A stretch of 64,000 nucleotides of DNA from an uncultured delta proteobacterium (GTDB lineage: Bacteria; Desulfobacterota; RBG-13-43-22), in NCBI GenBank assembly GCA_963790475.1, contig CAWBOS010000010.1, forward strand, positions 1,184,001-1,248,000, written 5' to 3'. Below are positions 19,308 through 28,513 of the stretch, piece by piece. The stretch's first letter is position 1; every line of letters begins with the position of its first letter. A model generated the notes under the pieces. That model saw nothing but the letters and a program-made list of their open reading frames with translations. It was not told where the DNA came from and did not search any database. The position numbers were made by a program, and so were the translations under genes.

Positions 19308-19535
19308 CATTCAATTGAGTCGGAACCCGCTTTAACGAGGTTGAGGATTTTGCTGAGGGACGGGGGACAGAAAACAGAGTGCAAAGAAAATGAACCTGCC
19401 CCCCGGCCTAAGCATCTGGAGTTTTGTGTACATTTAAGATTTGAATATACCGGTTGAAGAAACCACCCTGTCCAGATGGTTGGTGTCAACCATTCCGGGC
19501 AGGGGTTCCAATGGTTCCGTTCAGGATCCAATCAG

Positions 19536-20306
19536 CTAATTTTTCTTTCGGCAATCAATGCCATATACCTCTCGCATGGATTTGTCCTGATTGGCATCAA
19601 GGTATTGGATTTCAATAGTGTAGGAATCATGGACAATGCGATCAAGGATGGCATCAGCCAGAGTGGTTTCTGAGATTTTCTTGTGCCAGCCCGCCGGGGC
19701 AAACTGGGAACAAAAAATGGTGGATGCGTTTTTATGGCGGGAGTGAATGATTTCCAATAGATCTCTGGCCTCGGTTTCGGTTAAGGAAACCAGCATCCAT
19801 TCATCCAGGATCAGGAGGCTGTACTTTTTATACTGGTTGATACTCTTCTTGAAGCTTCCTTCTCCCCTGGCAACGGCCAGCTCGGCCAGCAATTCCGGAA
19901 GACGGATGTATTTCACGGTGTAGTGGCGTTTACAGGCTTCCATGCCGAAGGCGCAGGCAATGTACGATTTTCCCGCGCCTGTGGCACCAAGAACAATGAT
20001 GTTATGCTTCTCGGTTATGTATTCACAGCTGGAGAGACGCTCAATCAGGTTTTTGTTGAGCTTTCTGCCGGAATGGTAATTAATTTCTGCGATGCAGGCT
20101 CCCGGCTGGTCAAAGGAGGCATTTTTAATCAGCCGGTGCAGGCGGTTGTTTTTGCGGTTGGTATATTCTATGTCCACCAGCATCCCAAGCCGTTCCTCGA
20201 AGGAAAAGCCCTGCAGGGAACTGTCCTGCAACTGGGTACGGAAGGCATGGGCCATGGCGGGTAGGCGCATTTCAATTAATTTGTTGATAGTGGTTATATT
20301 AGTCAT
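19536..20306 (-). CDS. istB: IS21 helper ATPase IstB
   Basis: GATGAGKS, LLILDEW, AILDRIVH. Confidence 0.95.
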   Translation of the reverse strand: MTNITTINKLIEMRLPAMAHAFRTQLQDSSLQGFSFEERLGMLVDIEYTNRKNNRLHRLIKNASFDQPGACIAEINYHSGRKLNKNLIERLSSCEYITEKHNIIVLGATGAGKSYIACAFGMEACKRHYTVKYIRLPELLAELAVARGEGSFKKSINQYKKYSLLILDEWMLVSLTETEARDLLEIIHSRHKNASTIFCSQFAPAGWHKKISETTLADAILDRIVHDSYTIEIQYLDANQDKSMREVYGIDCRKKN

Positions 20307-20310
20307 GACC

Positions 20311-21855
20311 TTACCTCCCATAGTAGCCGGCGCCGCGGGTGAAACCATATTCAGCTAAGGCAGAGGATCTTTCTGGCTGTTTGGACCGTTCATCCGTTAG
20401 CTTGTCTTGGCCGGTGGCCAAAATGTTTTTGATGCTCTTATAGCTCGGATGAGGGGTATAGGATAACGCCCTTTTACAGGCCGCTTCCAGGCGCTCCACG
20501 GAATATCGGTCTGCCAGCTTTAAAAGGCCCATACAGCTTTTATAACCCTGCTGTTCCACCCGGTAGGAGGCCAGTATCGATTTAATGGTGATTACGGAAT
20601 GAACGCCGATTTTTTCGGCCCAGGCTATAAAGCGGTCTCTGTCCCATTTCAGGTATTTCTGGTGGTCTTCCGGCATATGGGTCTCAATGGTACTGTATTG
20701 GCCGGGACGTCCATAAAGGCGTTTATGGGAACAGATACGGGTGTTATGGTACAAGACCTCGATGACGTTGCGGGTTGACCGCACATCGACCTTCTGTTTG
20801 ATATATTCGTAAGGAACGGAGTATTGCATCTTGTCTACGGATATATGATAATTGAACTGGACGGTGGCCTGCTTCCAGGTCGCTCGTTCATAGAAGGTAG
20901 CCGGTAACGGGGCCATAAATGGCTTTTCTTCCTCAAAGAAAATACGGTATCGGCTGCCTTCTTTCTTTTGGAAAGGGTGACGGTTATAGGCCTCCAGCTT
21001 GGAGCGGATTTCCCGGTTCAGTTCCTCTAAGGAGAAAAACTTTTCATGGCGAAGAGCCGCGGTAATCCAGGTGGATACGGCCCTTACCGAGCCTTCTACA
21101 TTCGGCTTGTCCTTGGGTCTCCTGACGCGTGCCGGAATCACGGCGGTGCCGTAGTGTTCCGCCATTTCATGGTAGGTTTTGTTGATTATTGGCGTGTACC
21201 AGTCACTGCGGTCCACCCCGGTTTTCAAGTTGTCGGGCACCAGCATGCGTGTTACACCGCCAAAGAATTGATACAGGTTGACATGGGCTGTAATCCAACT
21301 GTCCATGTCCTGTGAAAAGAAGGCTTCTACATAGGCGTATAGGCTGTAGGAAAGAACACCCACGAAAAGGTAGGCAGGAATAATTTCCCCGGTGTCCCGG
21401 TCAACTACACAGGCGGGGTCCCCGGCCCAGTCTACCTCAATCTGGTCTCCCGGTTTCCTCGGGATGTGCATGGTGGCGCGCTTCTTTTCGGAATGCTTTT
21501 GAAAATGAAAACAGAACTGGGAATACATGAGAGGCAGCTCATTACCTTGTCTGCATGCCTCACAGTATTCATTCCAGAGAAGCTTTAAGGTCACGCCATT
21601 CCGCATCATTTCCCTGGCAATGTAGTCATAATCAGGATATTTACGGGATGGTTCCGGTGCTGATTTCTCTGGAAAAAACTGTTCCTCCAGTTCAGCATCC
21701 GTGATTTCGGCCTTTAACGGCCATACCAGGTCCAGCTCTTTGGCACGGTTAAGAACCTTTCGGACCGTTGCCCTGGCGCACTCACAGCTTCCGGCAATAC
21801 TGGTTTGATTAATCCCCAGACTCTGTAGCCGAAGGATTTCTCGGTATTTGGTCAT
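20311..21855 (-). CDS. istA: IS21 transposase IstA
   Basis: PGDQIEVDWAG, VPDNLKTGV, PARVRRPKDK..VE. Confidence 0.95.
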   Translation of the reverse strand: MTKYREILRLQSLGINQTSIAGSCECARATVRKVLNRAKELDLVWPLKAEITDAELEEQFFPEKSAPEPSRKYPDYDYIAREMMRNGVTLKLLWNEYCEACRQGNELPLMYSQFCFHFQKHSEKKRATMHIPRKPGDQIEVDWAGDPACVVDRDTGEIIPAYLFVGVLSYSLYAYVEAFFSQDMDSWITAHVNLYQFFGGVTRMLVPDNLKTGVDRSDWYTPIINKTYHEMAEHYGTAVIPARVRRPKDKPNVEGSVRAVSTWITAALRHEKFFSLEELNREIRSKLEAYNRHPFQKKEGSRYRIFFEEEKPFMAPLPATFYERATWKQATVQFNYHISVDKMQYSVPYEYIKQKVDVRSTRNVIEVLYHNTRICSHKRLYGRPGQYSTIETHMPEDHQKYLKWDRDRFIAWAEKIGVHSVITIKSILASYRVEQQGYKSCMGLLKLADRYSVERLEAACKRALSYTPHPSYKSIKNILATGQDKLTDERSKQPERSSALAEYGFTRGAGYYGR

Positions 21856-22219
21856 AAAGATGACCTCCTTTAAAATGAATTTACACCGATTCTCGATGTA
21901 TGAACCCATTATAAAGGAGGGTAAAGGAATTGGCACAAGCCCGGAATGATTGAGACCTTTAACCGGAACGGTTGGAACGGAACTCCGGATTCATTGGGAA
22001 AAGTGGCCCGGAATATTCAAGATTTGACCCTAAATGCTCTACCTAAATGCTCTATGATATGCAGAAGGATTGAAAAAGACTTTGAAGAAGACTTTCAGGA
22101 GATAACTAATAATGATTTAATAGGGATATTGTGTGGGGAGATGCCTTCGGGCAATTAAATCAAGATAAATTGCCATTAACTTTTACTTTGAAGACTCCCT
22201 TACTTTGTGAAGATATACA

Positions 22220-22246
22220 GAAAAACTTTAGAATAATTTGTTAACC
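22220..22246 (+). other. Putative attI-like crossover site (G|TTAACC)
   Basis: AT-rich tttagaataatttGTTAACC; GTTAACC exactly complements the R'' (GGTTAAC) of the first cassette's attC. Confidence 0.5.
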
Positions 22247-22261
22247 TTGGTAAATATAATA

Positions 22262-22720
22262 ATGATAGAACCTATTGGTATCATACATACGCCCTACGCG
22301 AGAAAAGAGGAATGCCCTATACAACCGCTTTATTCAGCGGATTCGCTCGGTCGCGTCGAGGTATTTGAAAAGTATGAGGCGGGACTGAAGGATATTGAGA
22401 CCTTTTCTCATATTTATCTACTGTATTTGTTTGACCGGGCGGGCAAGATAGAGATGGTGCGTGCAACATTTCTTGACGATGAATCGCACGGCATTTATGC
22501 TTCAAGACATCCGTGTAGGCCGAACGGGTTAGGGCTGTCAGTTGTAAGATTGCTACGACGCGAACAAAACGTCCTAATAGTCGAAGGCGTCGACATGCTG
22601 GACAAATCATCGCTCTTAGATATAAAGCCTTACATCCCGAAGTACGACGCCATTGCTTCTGCATCCGATGGGTGGACTACCGATAAGAAATGGCGTTCCA
22701 AGCCCGAGGGAAGAGAATGA
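22262..22720 (+). CDS. tsaA: TsaA/TrmO-family SAM-dependent tRNA methyltransferase (cassette 1)
   Basis: PIGIIHTPY…CPIQ, FSHIYLLY, GIYASRHPCRPNGLGLS, DMLD…LLDIKPY. Confidence 0.88.
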   Translation: MIEPIGIIHTPYARKEECPIQPLYSADSLGRVEVFEKYEAGLKDIETFSHIYLLYLFDRAGKIEMVRATFLDDESHGIYASRHPCRPNGLGLSVVRLLRREQNVLIVEGVDMLDKSSLLDIKPYIPKYDAIASASDGWTTDKKWRSKPEGRE

Positions 22721-22728
22721 CTAAAAGA

Positions 22729-22791
22729 GGTTAACCATGCCATGCACCCGATCGCGCAAACGGCGCGCTCCGGGTGATGGCCGTGTTAGTC
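22729..22791 (+). other. attC site (63 bp)
   Basis: GGTTAAC…gccatGcacccg…gcgc-aaacg-gcgc…cgggtgatggc…GTTAGTC with extrahelical G. Confidence 0.88.
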
Positions 22792-23195
22792 ATTAGAGGA
22801 GAAAGATGAATCGCGACTACCTCCTTGATAGTCTGGATGGTCTGAAAGGGCTCGTATTCCGGTTGTTACCCGCGGATGTTGTCGCATTGATTGGCTGCGT
22901 TCCAATGACAACCGATGGGCCATGGAGCGATGAAGAGAAGACTGTCTTTGAGACGGTGATAGGAATCCCAAAAGAGCGAGTCTACTGGACGCCTGGAGGA
23001 TTCAAGAACGTACCTTCTGCGGCTGATCGGGATGAGCGTTCAAGGTGGGTCCATGCAGTTGCAGCCATCAAACAAAGGTATTTATTTCTCGATCCAGACA
23101 CAGGCTTCTATACACACCATACCGGGGTATCCGAAAAGATGGTCCTCGTTAGTGAACTCAAAGATATGCTTCGTGGACCGGAGGCGCTGATTATA

Positions 23196-24727
23196 CCTAA
23201 ACGTTGCAAAAGAAATCGCCAAATTTTGAATTATGCTGCCATTTTAAAAGTATCTAAGAATTTGAACAAACCATGTTTAACGACTTCATTACCACTCATA
23301 GTAAGAGTCAGGTTACCCTGGGGTGCTGTGAGTCTTCCTGCTCTTTGAATATAACGATGGCGGATCCATTTTAATTCATGAAAATTCCAAAGCGGGGTTC
23401 TTTTCTCGGAGGTTCCTCGATCTCTATCCCGGGTAGCCATTTGTAATTCCCGGTTCAGGTTATGGGCAAAAATAGCCGCTATCATGTAACATTGGTTTCC
23501 TGAAAGTTTCTTAACCGCAATATAATCCAGTTGGCTTTGGGATTTCAATTCCCCAAAGACACTCTCCTGACTTCCTCGACCATTGTGAAAGACCAGGATC
23601 TTTTTAGCAGAAATCCTCTTGTTGGTTACGATGACCTTATACTCGTACCCATATTCTAAAGGGATAAAGAGATCCAATTGAATCGGGGCTTTTTGGATTT
23701 GCTTGCATCGTTGTCGTATAAAAACAAAACGGAACTTTACCGGCCATTTTTTCGGTTTCCAGGGGGTTTCAAAATACGACCAGCGATTATTTAAATGACG
23801 CCAACGCACTCGATTTTCAATCATCGATTTTAATTCGGCAAAGCGTTCAAAAGGAACGCTGAGGGTAAATTCGATGGATTCCTGGTCTAATAAGGCAACT
23901 ATTTCCTGGCTGAAAAAAGCGCTATCCATCCGGACCTCAAGCGTAATACCCGGCAGTTCTTGTTTGAGCCAGCTAAGGCATTGATGGATAAACTCACTGG
24001 CCCCATTCGAATCATGGACATTGCCGGGGCGATGATAGAAATCAAATACTTGTCCGGTTTGGGCAATGGTACAAAAAAGGGGATAGTAACTTCGGGCTCC
24101 CTTCTTTTTCTTGTTAAATCCAACCGCCGTGCCTTCGGCTTTTCGGGATGTAGATAAAACTGATCCATCAAAGTCAACGGTTAATCGACTCAGACCAGTT
24201 TTTTGGAGACGTTCGATAACCATCTGGCGGTTCAGTTCTCGGATTTTTTGGATGGCTTTTGGATCGGTACTTTTTAAGGCGCGACAAACCGTAGAGACAT
24301 CCGGGAGGCGTTTCATTCCTAATAGTCTTTGAACCAAAGGATCATCTTTATAATAGTCCATATCCCGGAGTCTTCGAAAGCCCAAAAGAATATGGATAAT
24401 CAGCAGCATCATAATTACATGATGTCCTATAATTTCCGAGACGTGCAGGTGACGAAAACACTGGCGCAGTCGTTCTTTCAAACCCAGTTTCTGAAACAAA
24501 GGATGAAAAATTATCAAACCTGAAAAGGATGTAAGTTTCTGATCTTCAAATCGGATCTGAGGAGTTTTATATGCTCGACTAAAAAAATGCCTTTTGCTAT
24601 ACTTCACCTTAGGTGGCCTCCAGTGACGGAAAATTGTGTGATGTGCTAATCTCACTTTAACCAATACTGGAGCCACCTTTCAAGCTCTTTATTACTTTTA
24701 TTACACTTTTTTTATGCCACTATAGAG
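23196..24727 (-). mobile_element. IS1380-family insertion sequence
   Basis: DDE transposase; imperfect IRs (cctaaacgttgcaaaa / ttatgccactatagag); TATA duplicated at 23192-23195 and 24728-24731. Confidence 0.85.
23231..24676 (-). CDS. IS1380 transposase (start codon uncertain)
   Basis: LTSFSGL, VDFDGS, GFN..KKG..SYYPL, RPGNVH, VRMDSAF, HNGRG..E. Confidence 0.9.
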   Translation of the reverse strand: MAPVLVKVRLAHHTIFRHWRPPKVKYSKRHFFSRAYKTPQIRFEDQKLTSFSGLIIFHPLFQKLGLKERLRQCFRHLHVSEIIGHHVIMMLLIIHILLGFRRLRDMDYYKDDPLVQRLLGMKRLPDVSTVCRALKSTDPKAIQKIRELNRQMVIERLQKTGLSRLTVDFDGSVLSTSRKAEGTAVGFNKKKKGARSYYPLFCTIAQTGQVFDFYHRPGNVHDSNGASEFIHQCLSWLKQELPGITLEVRMDSAFFSQEIVALLDQESIEFTLSVPFERFAELKSMIENRVRWRHLNNRWSYFETPWKPKKWPVKFRFVFIRQRCKQIQKAPIQLDLFIPLEYGYEYKVIVTNKRISAKKILVFHNGRGSQESVFGELKSQSQLDYIAVKKLSGNQCYMIAAIFAHNLNRELQMATRDRDRGTSEKRTPLWNFHELKWIRHRYIQRAGRLTAPQGNLTLTMSGNEVVKHGLFKFLDTFKMAA

Positions 24728-24971
24728 TATATATAGGCATCAATACTTTCCAAACCCAAAGCCACACAACATTGCGGAGTACGTCAGTCCATATGTGTGG
24801 CATAGCTTGCGTATACTAGAAGACGTTGGCTTTGTCAGATTTGTCTATCAGTCACAGGCTGCAAGCTTGTTCTTTATAGCCAAACAAAAGGCAGCTTTGA
24901 CACCTCTGGAAAACGGCCTTCGGCGGGCGTTTCATGGGGTGTCGGCCTCAGTACTCATGAGACGAATAGTG

Positions 24972-25029
24972 GCCTAACCCCGGGCTTCCAGCGGATCGCT
25001 AAACGCTCCCGCTAAAACCCACGTTAAGC
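24972..25029 (+). other. attC site (58 bp)
   Basis: GCCTAAC…gggcttccagcgg…ccgctaaaaccc..GTTAAGC. Confidence 0.8.
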
Positions 25030-25050
25030 CATAGAAGCGGATATGAAATT

Positions 25051-25485
25051 ATGTTTTCAAGAAAGACCTTAATAGAATTAATCCAAGCCTTAAATTTTTG
25101 GACTCATGCCGAGGTAGAAAGATTTGGGCTTGAGTTTAATATTGAGGATTCGATTACAGGTACATATGTAAAGGAAAAAGAAACATCTATTGTAAAATAT
25201 CTTGTATCAAATCCAGAAGCGATTGGACCTAATGGTTCCAATATAGCGATTGAGATTGTTGAATATGCAGTAAAGGCCCACCGGGGATTTGACTCGTTCT
25301 CAGAAAGTCATCCAGATTTCGCCCATTTACTCGATAGAGATGGTTATGAACTCACAAGTAGTGGATTAAGAAAGAAGCTCCCAACAGAATTCCCCGTAGT
25401 TGAACAAGAAAATCAATTAATCTCCCTTTTGGAAAAATTTGGATTTACAACTGCTAAGGGACATTATGAAAGAAAGCTTGCTTGA
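25051..25485 (+). pseudogene. Cassette 3, AT-rich hypothetical protein, 3'-truncated
   Basis: Starts 22 bp after attC; no downstream attC; runs into a convergent gene fragment after …TAKGHYE. Confidence 0.6.
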
Positions 25486-25609
25486 TCCCCAGTGCTTCCG
25501 ACTCAGACCTTCTTTCCAGTGTCATGCCCAGTTTATCTTGAAACGTTTTTATGCCTTCTTCAATATCCTTTACCCGTACGACGATATGATCCATTCCTTT
25601 AATTCCCAT
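25454..25609 (-). pseudogene. N-terminal fragment of VOC/methylmalonyl-CoA epimerase-like protein
   Basis: GGAGG RBS; MGIKGMDHIVVRVKDIEEGIKTFQDKLGM…GIKQAFF then premature end (51 aa). Confidence 0.7.
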
Positions 25610-25683
25610 TTTTCCTCCTTTATTATTAAATTGGTTATCCGGATACCAGCTTCATAAACGTTTAGGAGAAACTGAATGCCGGT

Positions 25684-26166
25684 TTATCTCTTATCTCTAT
25701 TCAATTTGGGCAAACGATAGGGTTGTGCAACCCCGCATGAATAACAGGTACGCTCGTACCAGTGCATTTGCGCACGGCATCCGGGACAGCGCCACCGTTC
25801 CTCCTGTTCAACAATCCATTTTTCAGCCCCAATTTCTCGCAAATGGTTAAGATTTTCCAGAACCTCAGCATGGTGACGCATGCCGTCGTTGTTAAAATCA
25901 GTGATCAGGTGGCAGGGGAAATCTGAACAGTCGGCACATTGGGTAACCCCGGGCCTGTCTTCAGCGCAGTGCCGAATCTTACAATCCCTGCAATAGGGTG
26001 TAAGAGAGCCCCCACCAAGGCATCCATCGCATTGACTCTCGTCTTCAGGCATTTTCCATACTTTTAAAATCTCCTCAAGACGTTGAGGATTGTTGTCTCG
26101 TCTGGCCCGATAGAGAGCACACGCCCCACAGTAAAGCCCGCAGACGGCCACTAAAGGCTCTTTCAT
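25684..26166 (-). CDS. DUF3795-like Cys-rich protein
   Basis: AVCGLYCGAC, CDGC, CRDCKIRHC, CADCSDFPC, WRCPGC…CYSC. Confidence 0.85.
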   Translation of the reverse strand: MKEPLVAVCGLYCGACALYRARRDNNPQRLEEILKVWKMPEDESQCDGCLGGGSLTPYCRDCKIRHCAEDRPGVTQCADCSDFPCHLITDFNNDGMRHHAEVLENLNHLREIGAEKWIVEQEERWRCPGCRAQMHWYERTCYSCGVAQPYRLPKLNRDKR

Positions 26167-26206
26167 CGTTATACCTCCTTTTCTAATATCAACCTACCCA
26201 CCAGGA

Positions 26207-26320
26207 TTATTCAAATCGAACTTTGAGGGGCTTTCGGTCCACGGTGCGAAGATAGGTCCAACTCGGATACCCCATGATCAGGACACTGAATATTTTATGA
26301 CCGTGAAGAAGGTTTAATTC
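26207..26320 (-). pseudogene. C-terminal fragment of nitroreductase-family gene
   Basis: Minus strand reads ELNLLHGHKIFSVLIMGYPSWTYLRTVDRKPLKVRFE*; no start. Confidence 0.55.
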
Positions 26321-26327
26321 TTCCACT

Positions 26328-26686
26328 TCAAATGGCCGCTTTCAAAGGCAGGCGCACCCGCAAGGCGGTAAAGAAATTGATGATGGCAATGGCCGCCCCG
26401 AACAAGAAAACATATTGAAAGCCGAAGGCATTCCAAATAACGCCGCCCACCAGGGCCGACGAAATTGAGAAAACATGGTCAATGGACACCGCGGCGCTAA
26501 GCGCAGGCTGGATGTGATCGGAAATTCGAGGAAGGAACGCTGAAAACCGCTCAGTTGAAAATTGAATTCCAGAAAATTATTGAAGGTTGAATCAATCATG
26601 GAAAATCCCATGCCCAAGGCCAACGCGGCTGTGGCAAACAGCGACAGTTCGCGCGGGGAGGTTTTGATGCGGGCGAGGATATTCAT
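26328..26686 (-). pseudogene. MFS transporter with large internal deletion
   Basis: N-terminus …STFNNFL…QRSFLEFP joined out of frame near 26520 to C-terminus DHIQPALSAAVSIDHVFSI…GGVIW..FGFQYVF. Confidence 0.7.
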
Positions 26687-26719
26687 GATTGTAATCTATC
26701 AAGGGGAACGGGTTAAAGA

Positions 26720-26810
26720 AGTTCGGAGTTCGGAGTCGAGGAAAAAATATGGTTATTACTTCTTATGACTCTGAACCCCGAACTAACCTCTCCGTACTAA
26801 CCGTTCCGGA
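26720..26810. repeat. Inverted heptamer array
   Basis: agttcggagttcggagtc … gactctgaaccccgaact. Confidence 0.6.
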
Positions 26811-26811
26811 C

Positions 26812-28230
26812 TCATCCATCCGAACTAAGCTGGTCCCTCAATCGGTAATATTCAAAGGTATTTTTTAAGGCAATAGCCCCCCGTTCAATGTTCGGAAAAG
26901 TGGGGATGCCTTTCCTCTGGAATTTAGACACGGCCTCTTTGACCACCGGCAATTCCTCCAGCGAATAATAGTTAATAATGGAAATGATCGGCTTCCCGGT
27001 TTGGTCTTTGATATTGGAGATCATATCAACCAAGCCGTCCAACCTGCCGTTCATGTTCAGCATCCGGGCCAGGGAAAGAAGGACCAGGTTGTCGATATTG
27101 GGATCCCGGGCCAGGATATTCACGATCCGGTCCATTTCAAACCGGTTCTGGTTGCCCGTATCCACCGGGTTTAGATAACCTCCGCCGATGATATTATAAA
27201 ACTCCCGTAATTTATCATAGGAATCTTCGGTCAGCCTGGGCAAACGCAATCCCGCTTCGGCAAAGGTATCGGCAATATTGACCGATTGTCCTCCGGCACC
27301 TCCGGTTACGCCCACTCTTAGACCACGAACCGGAGGCAGATAGGTCAGGGCATTGGCCGTATCAATCAAATCCTCCATCTCCACGGCACTCAACCCGCCG
27401 CATTGACGGATCATCGCTTCCCAGATGGCATGCGGTACGGCCAGAGATCCGGTGTGCGAAGCAATCGCTCTTCCCCCCTCCTCCGTTCTCCCCCCTTTCC
27501 AGATCACCACCGGTTTTATGGAGGTTGTTTCCCGCAATACCTTCAGGAACCGGTCCCCGTCATTCACCCCTTCCAGGTACATGATAATGACCTTGATCTC
27601 CGGATCCTGGGCAAAGTATTCCAGAAAGTCCGTGGAATCCAGCACCGTTCCGTTCCCGAAACTCACCGACTTATTGACATCCAAGCCCTGCATGTGGGCG
27701 CTTATGCTCATATTGACCGCGTGACCACCGCTTTGGGAGATAATCCCCAAAGACCCGTAAGACCCGGAATATTGTTCCGGGAATTGCCGGTTCCCGAGTC
27801 GGGGATTGAATAATCCCATACAGTTGGGTCCGATGACATGAAGATTGGCCTCTTCCGCCCGCTGTTTAAGCCAATATTCGGCCTGCATTCCCTCTTCGGT
27901 ATCCGTTTCTCTGAAACCGGCGGTGAACATATGGGCCGCGGCTACATCCTTACGAATACAGTCCTCCACTACCTGGGGAACCGCCGCCCGGGGGACGGAG
28001 ATGATGGCCAGGTCCACCGGTTCCGGGATATCCAGGATACTGGTATAGTTGGTTATCCCCAGGGCCTTTATACTTTCGATAGACTCCGGGTTGACTTGCA
28101 CGGAATACAATTTTCCCTGAAAGGTATTCTGGGCTCGCAGCCACTGAAATTCGTTGCGACCGCTGTCTCCTATCACGACCAGGCATTTTGGATTAAAGGC
28201 CCGATTTAATTTATTAAAATCCGCTTTCAA
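26812..28230 (-). CDS. NDP-forming acyl-CoA synthetase alpha-type subunit (CoA-binding)
   Basis: FNPK..VIG, IGPNCMG, SQSGG, YLEG, KGGRT..G..A..SHTG (phospho-His), NPVD. Confidence 0.92.
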   Translation of the reverse strand: MKADFNKLNRAFNPKCLVVIGDSGRNEFQWLRAQNTFQGKLYSVQVNPESIESIKALGITNYTSILDIPEPVDLAIISVPRAAVPQVVEDCIRKDVAAAHMFTAGFRETDTEEGMQAEYWLKQRAEEANLHVIGPNCMGLFNPRLGNRQFPEQYSGSYGSLGIISQSGGHAVNMSISAHMQGLDVNKSVSFGNGTVLDSTDFLEYFAQDPEIKVIIMYLEGVNDGDRFLKVLRETTSIKPVVIWKGGRTEEGGRAIASHTGSLAVPHAIWEAMIRQCGGLSAVEMEDLIDTANALTYLPPVRGLRVGVTGGAGGQSVNIADTFAEAGLRLPRLTEDSYDKLREFYNIIGGGYLNPVDTGNQNRFEMDRIVNILARDPNIDNLVLLSLARMLNMNGRLDGLVDMISNIKDQTGKPIISIINYYSLEELPVVKEAVSKFQRKGIPTFPNIERGAIALKNTFEYYRLRDQLSSDG

Positions 28231-28513
28231 TTTATTCTCATCCTCCTTAGTTTATAATTATAGTATGAATCCCTTTTGAATCACCCTGCCTGTTGGGGAA
28301 ATGGTCCAGGATTGTAGTCTCCAAGATATTGAATTCTATCTGCTGTCGGATGGTTTTATCAGAAAGAATTTCCCTTGAGGCGTGCCAGGTGTGTCAAAGA
28401 TTATAGGGGAAGGTCTCGGGAAAGGTCAAGAAAATTTAACAAGAAAACAGGCTAGAGGCAATAGGTTGCAAGGAGATCAACCCCTTTTGGCCTATCGCCT
28501 CGTGCCTGCCTTG

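Larger units (their letters stand above)
19442..22019 (-). mobile_element. IS21-family insertion sequence
   Basis: istA+istB; terminal IRs tgaatataccgg / ccggaatattca; 5-bp direct repeat AGATT at 19437-19441 and 22020-22024. Confidence 0.93.
22806..24977 (+). pseudogene. Cassette 2 hypothetical protein (211 aa when rejoined) interrupted by IS1380
   Basis: 22806-23195 joins 24732-24977 in frame (…EALII|YRHQYF…RRIVA); stop TAA overlaps the attC R'' box. Confidence 0.8.

Noticed and set aside
21946-22158. 70-aa ORF at the IS21 boundary
   Set aside because: Spans the IS end and flanking DNA; likely spurious.
19210-22240. Integron integrase gene or remnant
   Set aside because: No tyrosine-recombinase motifs seen in the sequence flanking IS21.
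22806-23348. 180-aa ORF as a complete protein
   Set aside because: Residues after EALII are read-through into the IS1380 end.
24728-24737. Alternative IS1380 end at 24737 (…tatagg)
   Set aside because: Gives no target duplication; 24727 gives a TATA duplication and a better IR match.
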